34,699 nucleotides of DNA from a virus: the IMG/VR virus record IMGVR_UViG_3300018036_000002. One strand, written 5' to 3'. This document shows, piece by piece, positions 1 to 6,715 of the stretch. Made by a program: the position numbers and the translations under genes. How positions within the stretch are numbered: position 1 is the stretch's first letter; every line of letters begins with the position of its first letter. The notes beneath the pieces are model-generated. The model saw only the letters and a program-made list of their open reading frames with translations. It did not search any database and was not told the origin of the DNA.

Positions 1-123
1 GACCTATGATAAGGACAAGAATGGCGTTATCGATTCGGATGAGCTTGCTCTTATTGAACTTGAGGATCGCCGTCGTAAGATGGAAGATGAGGACGCTCAA
101 AGAGATTCGATCAGGAAGATGGC
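1..123. repeat. Terminal direct repeat, exact copy of 34577-34699. Either a circular-assembly overlap or genuine terminal redundancy.
   Basis: Bases 1-123 (gacctatgataaggacaag...gaagatggc) are identical to 34577-34699 by direct comparison. The reading frame continues across the junction. Confidence 0.95.
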
Positions 124-307
124 GTGGTTTGCGCTCTTTGGTTTACTGCTTTATCCCAGTGGTATTTTTATATGTAGTCTTGTCGGACTTGATAAAGCGG
201 CTAGCCTTATCACTGACATCGCAGGGACATACTTCATAGCAGTGTCCGCCCTTGTTGCTAGTTTCTTCGGAGCCAGCGCATATCAATCAAGGGGGACTAG
301 CAAGTGA
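2..307 (+). CDS. 3' part of a wrap-around gene that starts at 34560: small membrane protein with an N-terminal EF-hand loop, in the lysis cassette.
   Basis: Frame of ORF 80..307 is open from base 2 and continues the ORF starting ATG 34560. Two hydrophobic segments are present (WFALFGLLLYPSGIFICSLVGL and YFIAVSALVASFFGA). Confidence 0.7.
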   Translation, partial: TYDKDKNGVIDSDELALIELEDRRRKMEDEDAQRDSIRKMAWFALFGLLLYPSGIFICSLVGLDKAASLITDIAGTYFIAVSALVASFFGASAYQSRGTSK

Positions 308-681
308 TACAGGCATTGTTGCCCATGATTGGGGATATCGCTGGAGGCTGGATCAAAGGCAAGGCTGAAGAGAAAGCCGCCGCGTCTAAAGCCAGGGTCG
401 CCAAGGCTGAAGCTGAAGCTGAGGTGATGAAGGTTGCCGCTACGCACGAGGCGTCTTGGGAAAAGATCATGGCCCAGGGTTCTAACGAATCATGGAAAGA
501 TGAGGCGTGGACCGTGTGCTTCATCGTGATAATTTCTATGTGCTTCATTCCGCACACACAGCCGTATGTTGCTAGAGGGTTTGAGGTCTTATCCACCACG
601 CCTGATTGGTTTCAGTGGGCAGTGTACGCAAGCATCGCGGCAAGCTTTGGTTTGCGTGGAATGAAGGGGCTGAAGAAGTAA
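304..681 (+). CDS. Holin-like membrane protein, resembling the amphipathic N-terminus plus TM architecture of GTA-type 3TM holins.
   Basis: GTG start overlaps the upstream stop (GTGA) and has an AGGGGGA SD 7 nt upstream. The N-terminus is Ala/Glu/Lys-rich and helical, followed by hydrophobic segments AWTVCFIVIISMCFIP and WFQWAVYASIAASFGL. It lies immediately upstream of the lysozyme gene. Confidence 0.5.
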   Translation: MIQALLPMIGDIAGGWIKGKAEEKAAASKARVAKAEAEAEVMKVAATHEASWEKIMAQGSNESWKDEAWTVCFIVIISMCFIPHTQPYVARGFEVLSTTPDWFQWAVYASIAASFGLRGMKGLKK

Positions 682-1119
682 GTGAGGTATATGGATATGG
701 ACGTAGATAAGTTAAAAGACCAACTAATTCTACATGAAGGCTTAGAGCTAAAGAGTTACCAATGCAGTGCAGGATTCATAACGCTCGGGGTCGGGCGCAA
801 CGTCGAAGAGTTAGGCATCACCGAAGACGAAGCCAGATACCTTTTGGACAACGACATACTGAGAGTGACCAAGGAACTGGACGACAACCTCCCGTGGTGG
901 AGGGACCTGAGCGAAGTACGCCAGAGAGTCCTAGTTGATATGGTATTCAATCTCGGCATCAGTCGCTTCCTGAATTTTAAAAACGCTATCGCCGCGGCAC
1001 AAGATGAGCGGTGGGAAGACTGTGCGTCAGAAATGTTGAATAGTCGTTGGGCAGACCAAGTAGGACAGCGAGCTACACGCCTGGCGACTGCAATGGTTGA
1101 AGATACGCTGGAGGTTTGA
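682..1119 (+). CDS. Endolysin, T4-type lysozyme (glycoside hydrolase family 24).
   Basis: HEGLELKSYQCSAGFITLGVGRN aligns to T4 lysozyme [22 protein letters not shown]. The catalytic Glu and Thr are present and Cys occupies the Asp20 position. Start is ambiguous (GTG 682, ATG 691 or ATG 697). Confidence 0.85.
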   Translation: MRYMDMDVDKLKDQLILHEGLELKSYQCSAGFITLGVGRNVEELGITEDEARYLLDNDILRVTKELDDNLPWWRDLSEVRQRVLVDMVFNLGISRFLNFKNAIAAAQDERWEDCASEMLNSRWADQVGQRATRLATAMVEDTLEV

Positions 1120-1120
1120 C

Positions 1121-1264
1121 ATGAGTCTTTACGAGAACATGAATAAGCGCAAGAAGAAAGGCACATCGCGCCCTGCGAGTGAGTCAACGATTAGCGATAA
1201 GACTTACTCTATGATGCGGCGCAAGACCGGCGGGTTTAAGAAGAAGGATAAGGACAATGGCTAG
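1121..1264 (+). CDS. Small, highly basic hypothetical protein (47 aa, MSLYENMNKRKKKGTSRPASE...).
   Basis: ATG lies 1 nt after the lysozyme stop. The frame is open for 47 codons and overlaps the next ATG (ATGGCTAG). It is below the ORF-track cutoff and was found by reading the sequence. Confidence 0.4.
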   Translation: MSLYENMNKRKKKGTSRPASESTISDKTYSMMRRKTGGFKKKDKDNG

Positions 1265-1550
1265 CTCTCCTGCATGGACTCGCAAGGAAGGCAAGAACCC
1301 AAAGGGTGGGCTGAACCAAAAGGGACGGGACTCTTATAAGGGTGGCACCCTAAAGGCGCCCGTAAAGAAAGGTGACAACCCGCGTCGCGCTAGCTTCCTT
1401 GCAAGGATGGGCAACATGAAGGGGCCGGAAAAGAAGAACGGTGAGCCAACAAGATTGCTCTTGTCACTCAGAGCCTGGGGAGCATCAAGCAAAGCTGACG
1501 CCCGTGCAACAGCAAGGGCTATCAGCAAACGGAATGAAGCCAAAGGTTAG
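1257..1550 (+). CDS. Basic Lys/Gly-rich hypothetical protein (97 aa).
   Basis: ORF with ATG overlapping the upstream small ORF. Sequence AWTRKEGKNPKGGLNQKGRDSYKGGTLKAPVKKGDNPRRASFLARM. It is the last gene of the plus-strand late operon. Confidence 0.5.
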   Translation: MASSPAWTRKEGKNPKGGLNQKGRDSYKGGTLKAPVKKGDNPRRASFLARMGNMKGPEKKNGEPTRLLLSLRAWGASSKADARATARAISKRNEAKG

Positions 1551-1819
1551 CGCATCCATCTAGGGGCGCAGGTTACATCTACTACGATCGATGTAGGCCT
1601 TCCGTTAATTGCTCTCTTTGTCCATATCGGAACGGCACGGAGACCTGATGTCTCGCACTCCTTGATAGCATCAATAGTTTCTGATCTCGACATCGCATAC
1701 AGCGTGTCCTCTAATACCAAAGTTTGATTTGGCGTTTCGCTCGTAGGCTTAGACGCCCCGCTAAAAGCGGAGCATCCTTGCACTGCGGCGCATATGAGCA
1801 TGATTGTAATCATCTTCAT
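1547..1819 (-). CDS. Putative lipoprotein (signal peptide plus lipobox), last gene of leftward early operon 1.
   Basis: N-terminus MKMITIMLICAAVQGCSAF has a hydrophobic core and a lipobox-like AVQG-C. ATGA start/stop overlap with the upstream ORF. There is no C-terminal TM, so it is not a unimolecular spanin. Confidence 0.6.
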   Translation of the reverse strand: MKMITIMLICAAVQGCSAFSGASKPTSETPNQTLVLEDTLYAMSRSETIDAIKECETSGLRAVPIWTKRAINGRPTSIVVDVTCAPRWMR

Positions 1820-1986
1820 TTTTTGCTCCGACTATCTGTGTTAAGTACAGCGTCTGGGTTGCGCAGGAATATTGACTGATTCTGAGGCTTCTTCCTGTGT
1901 TCAATGTCGAGCCTATGAATGTCCATCCTGTTTGCAATCCACGCCTGCCTCAATAGTTTACGCCAGTGATGTCCAGCTTGACCCAT
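1816..1986 (-). CDS. Small hypothetical protein (56 aa, MGQAGHHWRKLL...).
   Basis: Of three in-frame ATGs, only the one at 1986 has a strong SD (AAGGTGGGG, 3 nt spacer). The stop overlaps the lipoprotein start (ATGA). Confidence 0.4.
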   Translation of the reverse strand: MGQAGHHWRKLLRQAWIANRMDIHRLDIEHRKKPQNQSIFLRNPDAVLNTDSRSKK

Positions 1987-2317
1987 TGTCCCCACCTTGA
2001 TTCCTAGCCTGCGGTTGCTGTCGCTCTTGCGGCTCATTCACATAAAGGTCTGCATAGCATGTCGCCGGGAATGCTTTGACATCACCCCCAGGAATGCGCT
2101 TCTTGATTGTCATCTGTAGTTGCATGCCGTTGTCATGCATCAGTTTATGAATCTGATCAACGATAGCCTCCTGCTCTGGGGTCATCGGATTCCTGCGACG
2201 GGACGCTTCGTCCCATCCGTTATCCAATTGCAACCAGCACTGCACCTGATAGGTTTCGTTAGCTGGCATGTCGGCTTTAAGTTTCACTTCGGCTTTTGAT
2301 ATCTGCGCTCTTGGCAT
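1958..2317 (-). CDS. Hypothetical protein in the recombination module (119 aa). It may be a ssDNA-binding accessory, but this is unproven.
   Basis: The track ORF 1958..2479 is trimmed to ATG 2317 (MPRAQISKAEVKLK...), which has an AAGGAGAG SD 5 nt upstream and lies just downstream of the annealing-protein stop. Confidence 0.55.
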   Translation of the reverse strand: MPRAQISKAEVKLKADMPANETYQVQCWLQLDNGWDEASRRRNPMTPEQEAIVDQIHKLMHDNGMQLQMTIKKRIPGGDVKAFPATCYADLYVNEPQERQQPQARNQGGDNGSSWTSLA

Positions 2318-2333
2318 GATGCTCTCTCCTTTG

Positions 2334-3086
2334 TTAGAACGGTATGTCGTCTTCTGTGTTTGGGTTAGGTAATGGGGCTGGGGTTGGGTCGTCGTTTGGG
2401 GCTGGTGCCCCACCATCACTCGGAACCTCTCCTTCTCCTGGGGACTCAGTAATCTTCCCCGCTCTCTCCTTGACAGCATTTTTAACTAACTCCGCGTTGG
2501 CTTTGTTTTGTTTTTCAAACTGCTCAAGTTTGTTGGCGTTTGCGGCCAGCCACCCTTGCAGTTCTCCTTGTGTCTGAATGTTATTCACCTGGCGAATGTA
2601 GTCCTCCGCCAGTTCAGCGCCAGTGCGTACGTTCGCGACTGGAGCAGGTTTTGCTGTGCGCTTGCTGTTCTCCTCCTTTGCTTTCTCTTTGCGCCCGACT
2701 CCATCAAGCTCATTTGCGCTGGCATACTCCCCACCGCTGAGACCGATAGCACTGAGCGCCCTACCGATTGCAGAAGTTTCGCAGTTCTCTATGGCTGAAG
2801 TCTTATTGACTAAGCCTACGTCGCGCAATTCTTCTGCATGCCCTGTGCCGAGAGTGACCGAGGGCGAGTCAATAGTATGGATGATCGCCTTAACAACGAC
2901 GCGAGTGCCGTCATCGATAAGTATCTGTGTCGAGACACCAACGTCCAACCCGTGATGTTCGCGCAATGCTTCCATTCGATGGACAACCTGCGTGTATAAC
3001 TTGCCGCCTTTCTGCGTAACGCCATGCGTCTTGTTCAGTTCAGCAACGTGGGCCATTGTGTCAGCCCACTTCTTTCTAGTCTCCAT
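2334..3086 (-). CDS. Single-strand annealing protein (Rad52/Erf superfamily) with an SSB-like disordered linker and an acidic EDDIPF C-terminal tip.
   Basis: ENCETSAIGRALSAIGLSG aligns with the Rad52/Sak motif (TDxLKRALxxFG). Start ATG 3086 overlaps the upstream TAA (TAATG). The C-terminus is ...PAPNDDPTPAPLPNPNTEDDIPF. Confidence 0.6.
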   Translation of the reverse strand: METRKKWADTMAHVAELNKTHGVTQKGGKLYTQVVHRMEALREHHGLDVGVSTQILIDDGTRVVVKAIIHTIDSPSVTLGTGHAEELRDVGLVNKTSAIENCETSAIGRALSAIGLSGGEYASANELDGVGRKEKAKEENSKRTAKPAPVANVRTGAELAEDYIRQVNNIQTQGELQGWLAANANKLEQFEKQNKANAELVKNAVKERAGKITESPGEGEVPSDGGAPAPNDDPTPAPLPNPNTEDDIPF

Positions 3087-4021
3087 TATTCGATGCTCCA
3101 TATTGATCGTGCTTCTTGTAAATATCCCTCTGGAGCGTTCCATCCTAGGTTATCCCAATCGGGATAGACCAAAGATAGCAACTCGTGAGGGGTTCTTGCG
3201 GCCTTCAACATATTCTCAGTGATACGATTCATCAGCCTTATCTGCTTCACAACTTCCTCCAGATACTCTGGCTTCAATTGATCGCAGTTATCTTGGTTTA
3301 AGATTCTGTAGTCATCTTTGTTTGCGTATAGTAGCCACACCGGCTTGCGTCCATTGATCTCCCATCCACCGGCGACCTGATAGACGTTCGCAATATCGAA
3401 GCGACCACTCAGATCTTTGGGTAAATTGTTATTAGCGAACCCACTCTTAGTCCGTGAGTTGCGGGTAGACCATTTAGTTTTGAGGTCACCTACTCCTGCA
3501 TAGTCAGGCAGGTTCTTGTGCCCAAGCTCATTCCCAGGCAGTGCCCCGTATAACTCTGTCTCTCCGAAGATCTCCGAGCCAGCCATCACTTCCCGCAAAC
3601 CAGCTAGTGCGCTCTGTATCACGCCCTCTAGCTCAGTCTCATACTGCGTCCACTTTGCGGCGTCGATGCCGTCATCCCAATCGCGTGGGATGTACTTCAT
3701 GTACTGTTGATAAGTAGACGCCATAACTTCTGCGGGGTCTTTACGTTCAAGCAGGATTGCATCACATGCAGACTGAACCAGCCTGCCGCATAGCATGTTG
3801 GCATTGTCTGAACCATTGTATCCTTGATCCAGCCGGTAGATAACTTCCCATGCCTGTTCTTGTTGCACGTTATCAGAGTCCGGATTCTTGATGACCTCCC
3901 AGGCGCCCCTTACTTTAGGACGGACCACGCATTTATCGAAGAACACTTTCGCTTGGTCGCGGTTCTTCATGTTGGAATGCCAGAAATAATTGTGGCGTCT
4001 CGCCCAATCAGGGATGATCAT
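3086..4021 (-). CDS. PD-(D/E)XK-type nuclease-like protein, the probable exonuclease partner of the annealing protein.
   Basis: LPDYAGVGDLKTK fits the PD...(D/E)xK motif, with upstream acidic residues (GETE). It is translationally coupled to the SSAP gene, the classic exo + SSAP arrangement. Confidence 0.5.
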   Translation of the reverse strand: MIIPDWARRHNYFWHSNMKNRDQAKVFFDKCVVRPKVRGAWEVIKNPDSDNVQQEQAWEVIYRLDQGYNGSDNANMLCGRLVQSACDAILLERKDPAEVMASTYQQYMKYIPRDWDDGIDAAKWTQYETELEGVIQSALAGLREVMAGSEIFGETELYGALPGNELGHKNLPDYAGVGDLKTKWSTRNSRTKSGFANNNLPKDLSGRFDIANVYQVAGGWEINGRKPVWLLYANKDDYRILNQDNCDQLKPEYLEEVVKQIRLMNRITENMLKAARTPHELLSLVYPDWDNLGWNAPEGYLQEARSIWSIE

Positions 4022-4410
4022 GACTGAACCCCCGTACCATGAAGCTCTTCAATTAGCTTTCTAACATATGCTTTGGACTTCATCCGCCTTGGTTTATTAG
4101 CTGACGATGCGCTACCTGCAGATACCTTGCGCACGTTTCTGTTGTGTCGCTCTGTCGGTTGCACCTGCACCGGAGCCAGCACTTCTTGGTAAAAGTTTTG
4201 GAGCGCGAGCCGCATTCTATTGTTGCGAATCCTGTACAACTTACGGACCTTAGCTTCAGTCAAGCTGTAGCGTTTAGCAACTGACGCAATGGGTTCGCCT
4301 CTGTCAACTAAATCACAGATACGACCGATAGCCCCTAGGATATCAGAGACTACCCGATCAACGTGGTGGTCCTCCGTGGCGTGTCTGATTAAATCTAAAT
4401 ACTGATGCAT
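4018..4410 (-). CDS. Putative HTH DNA-binding protein.
   Basis: AGGTG SD lies 4 nt upstream of the ATG. The segment PIASVAKRYSLTEAKVRKLYRIRN looks like a sigma-region-4/HTH unit, and the C-terminal half is basic. Confidence 0.5.
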   Translation of the reverse strand: MHQYLDLIRHATEDHHVDRVVSDILGAIGRICDLVDRGEPIASVAKRYSLTEAKVRKLYRIRNNRMRLALQNFYQEVLAPVQVQPTERHNRNVRKVSAGSASSANKPRRMKSKAYVRKLIEELHGTGVQS

Positions 4411-4418
4411 ATTTCACC

Positions 4419-4670
4419 TCACAAATTGCTAATGATTTCTTTTTTTACATGCACGATAACGCTCGTGTACCACCCAGGCGCTCGGTCATAAATGATCTCT
4501 ATGTGCCTGGGGTATTTCTCTAAGGCAGTATCGAAAAACTTGGCGAAACTATGTGACCCCCCGTAATACACGAAGGAATGTTTGATCTCAGGTACGGTAG
4601 TGTACGCGCCGAAGTTTGCGTTAATTGCCGCAACCATCGCTCGCATTTGTACACGAAAACTTCCCTGCAT
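4419..4670 (-). CDS. Hypothetical protein (83 aa), first gene of leftward early operon 1.
   Basis: ORF next to the divergent promoter region. The SD is weak. Confidence 0.5.
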   Translation of the reverse strand: MQGSFRVQMRAMVAAINANFGAYTTVPEIKHSFVYYGGSHSFAKFFDTALEKYPRHIEIIYDRAPGWYTSVIVHVKKEIISNL

Positions 4671-4732
4671 AATTTCAAAATCCCACGCTTACATATAGTG
4701 TCTTAGAAAAATACTTGGTCAGCGTATTCTTG

Positions 4733-4761
4733 TTGACGTATCATGTCAACCATCGATAAAA
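4733..4761 (+). promoter_or_regulatory. Sigma70-like rightward early promoter with an overlapping palindromic operator.
   Basis: TTGACG (4733-4738), a 17-nt spacer, then ATAAAA (4756-4761). The inverted repeat TTGAC-gtatcat-GTCAA spans 4733-4749. The 10-mer TGTTGACGTA (4731-4740) recurs on the minus strand at 9240-9231. Confidence 0.55.
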
Positions 4762-4801
4762 GTCTGATTCATCGTGACGCAGACTGAAACAGGATGGGAC
4801 A

Positions 4802-5017
4802 ATGACACTAGATCAATGGCGCAAAAAACGAGGGTATAGCTACCGGGCATTAGCTCAAATGATAGGGGCTTCTCATGCTTCTGTGGTTCGCAGATGGTGT
4901 ATGGACTTGGATGATGATGACTTCATGATTCCGAAAACGAAGTACATGCTGGTCATTTTGGAGGTCACAGCGGGCGAGGTACAGCCAAACGATTTCTACA
5001 TTCGGAGGTCGAAGTGA
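4802..5017 (+). CDS. Cro/XRE-like HTH regulator.
   Basis: YSYRALAQMIGASHASVVRRW is a typical helix-turn-helix. It is a small first gene divergent from an early operon. Confidence 0.6.
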   Translation: MTLDQWRKKRGYSYRALAQMIGASHASVVRRWCMDLDDDDFMIPKTKYMLVILEVTAGEVQPNDFYIRRSK

Positions 5018-5415
5018 GCGGTGTCAATGGCAGAAACAAGGGGGCCGCGTTTGAACGGCAGATTGCGGGCATGTTGCGTGATCAATTGGGCATCGACTGC
5101 AAGCGCAATTTGATGCAGACGGCAGAAGGTGGTCACGATTTGATTGGTTTGCCGGGGTTCGCGATCGAGTGCAAGCGATACGCTGTGATCAGTCACGGAA
5201 AATTAGACAAGTTCTGGGCGCAATGTGTCTCACAGGCACAGAGAGTCGATCTAACGCCATGTTTGATTGTGAAAGGTGATAGACAGCCGGTCAGAGTTTT
5301 CATCCCTTGGAGCGGCTTAGGTTGGGACGCTTATCAGTGGGACAATTTTAATTGTGCGGCTGAAATTTCGTTTGAATTATTTTGCGCAATCGTTCGCGAA
5401 GGGTTGACCAAATAA
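5014..5415 (+). CDS. Hjc-like PD-(D/E)XK Holliday junction resolvase/endonuclease.
   Basis: GTG start with a GGAGG SD 5 nt upstream. The sequence KGAAFERQIAGMLRDQLG ... GHDLIG ... FAIECK matches the archaeal-type Hjc pattern (KGxxFE ... D ... ExK). Confidence 0.55.
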   Translation: MSGVNGRNKGAAFERQIAGMLRDQLGIDCKRNLMQTAEGGHDLIGLPGFAIECKRYAVISHGKLDKFWAQCVSQAQRVDLTPCLIVKGDRQPVRVFIPWSGLGWDAYQWDNFNCAAEISFELFCAIVREGLTK

Positions 5416-5452
5416 TCTAAAAGCATTACGCTCCGCTTGCGGTCCCGGAGGG

Positions 5453-5523
5453 GTACGTGTTCAGAACACGTACGTGTTAAGCATGTACGTGTTACTAAAC
5501 ACTTTCTTATTCAAAACACTTTC
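5453..5523. repeat. Iteron-like cluster: GTACGTGTT x3 and AAACACTTTC x2, giving six GTGTT/AACAC cores in 71 nt.
   Basis: GTACGTGTT occurs at 5453, 5470 and 5485. AAACACTTTC occurs at 5497 and 5514. The perfect palindrome ACGTGTTC-A-GAACACGT spans 5455-5471. No ORF overlaps. Confidence 0.8.
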
Positions 5524-5571
5524 AATGCACGTGCTATGCACTGTCTCAAATTCTGTGGATAACTTTCAGGC

Positions 5572-5596
5572 AAAAAAAAGCCCGGCGAACCGGGCT
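5572..5596 (-). terminator. Rho-independent terminator ending the ribozyme-punctuated leftward operon.
   Basis: The minus strand reads AGCCCGG-ttcg-CCGGGCT followed by TTTTTTTT. On the plus strand the same hairpin lacks a U tract. Confidence 0.8.
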
Positions 5597-5617
5597 GAAG
5601 ACACACAGGGGAGTGTG

Positions 5618-5800
5618 TTAGATAGTCAGTGAGTGACGATACACGATCGCCATCACTGTTCCAAAGTGTTTTTGATTGGGTCTAACCGCACGATACCCCT
5701 GATGAGTGCGGCTAATGTGCATCACGCTCAGATGATTGCGGAGCATGATTGATTTTGCATCCGCTAGCGCATCTAGCGGATTGAGTTTGAATCCAAACAT
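5618..5800 (-). CDS. Possible small ORF (60 aa) at the 3' end of the operon. Weak call.
   Basis: AAGGA lies 6 nt upstream of the ATG. It overlaps the upstream gene by 28 nt and lacks the conserved ribozyme/leader unit. Confidence 0.3.
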   Translation of the reverse strand: MFGFKLNPLDALADAKSIMLRNHLSVMHISRTHQGYRAVRPNQKHFGTVMAIVYRHSLTI

Positions 5801-6180
5801 GGATTGTCCTTGAGCCTGTATTGGGCAAATCGTTTGCCGTTATGTTTAATCATGGTCGAGGTGATATTGTATCCCCTTCCTCTCAGATCATAAATGCGAG
5901 CAGACAATCGCATACAGCCAATTTCCATCGTGGATTCCCACTGAGTGATTGAACCATTGCGTTTCATGAATGCCAAAATAAGGTCGCATTGAGCGCCCTT
6001 GGTTTGCTCCTCGGTTGAGTCGAAGTCTTCAGACGGATCGATTGTACGAACGATCGCTGATAGTGCGGCAGGGCCGCTCTCCATTGTGCGTTCTGCGAAA
6101 TCGTCTGCCGCATTTTTGCTTTCAGCATAAAAAGTGACAGTCCCGCCGTCAGAATATTCAACGTCGATTGCGTGCTTCAT
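5773..6180 (-). CDS. Protein with a C-terminal winged-helix DNA-binding domain (phage HTH_39-like).
   Basis: CDLILAFMKRNGSITQWESTMEIGCMRLSARIYDLRGRGYNI matches the common phage wHTH pattern (...GI.RLSARI.DLR..G..I). It is preceded by the conserved leader GGGGAAAUACAAU-AUG. Confidence 0.65.
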   Translation of the reverse strand: MKHAIDVEYSDGGTVTFYAESKNAADDFAERTMESGPAALSAIVRTIDPSEDFDSTEEQTKGAQCDLILAFMKRNGSITQWESTMEIGCMRLSARIYDLRGRGYNITSTMIKHNGKRFAQYRLKDNPCLDSNSIR

Positions 6181-6200
6181 ATTGTATTTCCCCTTGATGT

Positions 6201-6262
6201 GCGACCTGTCTTATCAATACGGGTAGGTCACATCCCGTAGACCGGGCGAACCCGGTTTCGAC
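6201..6262 (-). ncRNA. Hammerhead ribozyme A (type II, U3:A8 core variant).
   Basis: RNA: GUC GAAA CCGGG-UUCG-CCCGG UC|UACGGG-AUGUGACCUA-CCCGUA UUGAUAA GAC AGGUCGC. Stem II is GAC/GUC. The tail AGGUCGC pairs with loop I GUGACCU. Predicted cleavage is after C at 6240. The G of the upstream UAG stop is part of stem II. Confidence 0.8.
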
Positions 6263-6630
6263 TATGCAAGATGGTTCAAGTGGTGACGCTTGAGCAACCC
6301 AAACAAATATTTTGTCGAGCTTTCTAGCTCATCACCAAACACTCTGAACTCTGTGTGCAGTACGCACTCTTCCATGAACATTGGGACAAAGTCACAGTCG
6401 AAGGGTTCATCATAATCAAGCTCATCCTTGACCATGTTGTAGACCTGTTCGCATGACACAGCCAACTCTGAGATCTTGTCTCTTGTATGAGCCATGCCGT
6501 GCTGTCTTCTGAACGCCTTCAAATCGTGATCGTCGTCCAATTCTTGGAAGTATTCATTGATGACCTGCGCTGTGAACAGCAGTTGGTCAGCCTGAATTCC
6601 GCATACTTTTTCATTAAGAATATTTTCCAT
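6262..6630 (-). CDS. Acidic hypothetical protein (122 aa, MENILNEKVCG...).
   Basis: The track ORF is trimmed to ATG 6630, which follows the conserved leader. The extra 10 upstream codons read through ribozyme B. Confidence 0.65.
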   Translation of the reverse strand: MENILNEKVCGIQADQLLFTAQVINEYFQELDDDHDLKAFRRQHGMAHTRDKISELAVSCEQVYNMVKDELDYDEPFDCDFVPMFMEECVLHTEFRVFGDELESSTKYLFGLLKRHHLNHLA

Positions 6631-6648
6631 TGTATTTCCCCTATGTGA

Positions 6649-6715
6649 TTGCCCTGACATCGTCAGATCGGGTAAGGCAAGGTTCCCGATGACGCACCCG
6701 GAGGTGCGTTTCGTC
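6649..6715 (-). ncRNA. Hammerhead ribozyme B (type II, extra U after A9, flipped stem II).
   Basis: RNA: GAC GAAA CGCACC-UCCG-GGUGCG UC|AUCGGG-AACCUUGCCUUA-CCCGAU CUGACGA U GUC AGGGCAA. Stem II is GUC/GAC, compensatory relative to the other copies. The tail AGGGCAA pairs with loop I UUGCCUU. Cleavage is after C at 6691. Confidence 0.75.

Noticed and set aside
756-1187. Antisense or alternative-frame ORFs inside well-supported genes, for example 756..1187, 297..599, 2344..2955 (several), 10846..11202, 14536..15012, 24620..25163, 25666..25935, 31067..31417 and 31414..31683.
   Set aside because: Each lies wholly within a longer ORF that has recognisable protein motifs or operon context. These are typical shadow ORFs of moderately GC-rich coding DNA.
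1121-1550. Treating 1121..1264 and 1257..1550 as one frameshifted gene or pseudogene.
   Set aside because: The two frames overlap by a standard ATG...TAG arrangement. I see no slippery heptamer, so without homologues a frameshift cannot be supported. They were kept as two low-confidence ORFs.
1547-1819. The lipoprotein gene as an o-spanin or unimolecular spanin of the adjacent lysis cassette.
   Set aside because: It is on the opposite strand, at the end of the early operon. It is not embedded in or adjacent to an i-spanin gene and has no C-terminal TM helix. It could still be an exclusion or surface lipoprotein.
5699-5706. CTGATGAG on the plus strand inside the 5618-5800 region, as a possible ninth plus-sense hammerhead.
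   Set aside because: There is no GAAA box, no NUH-flanked stem III and no stem I/II partners in the plus-strand context. A single 8-mer is expected by chance. Other CTGATGA hits (for example 11745, 19873, 22770, 23693) lie inside well-supported coding regions and also lack the remaining core.
6631-6660. N-terminal extensions of the track ORFs in the minus-strand block: 6262..6660, 6715..7377, 7262..7597, 7584..8039 and 8014..8409.
   Set aside because: The extensions translate the ribozyme and leader sequence, giving recurring ...HRGN(T/I)M peptides from ACAGGGGAA. They lack their own SD and overlap the upstream genes. An internal ATG preceded by the conserved AGGGGAA leader is the consistent start in every unit.
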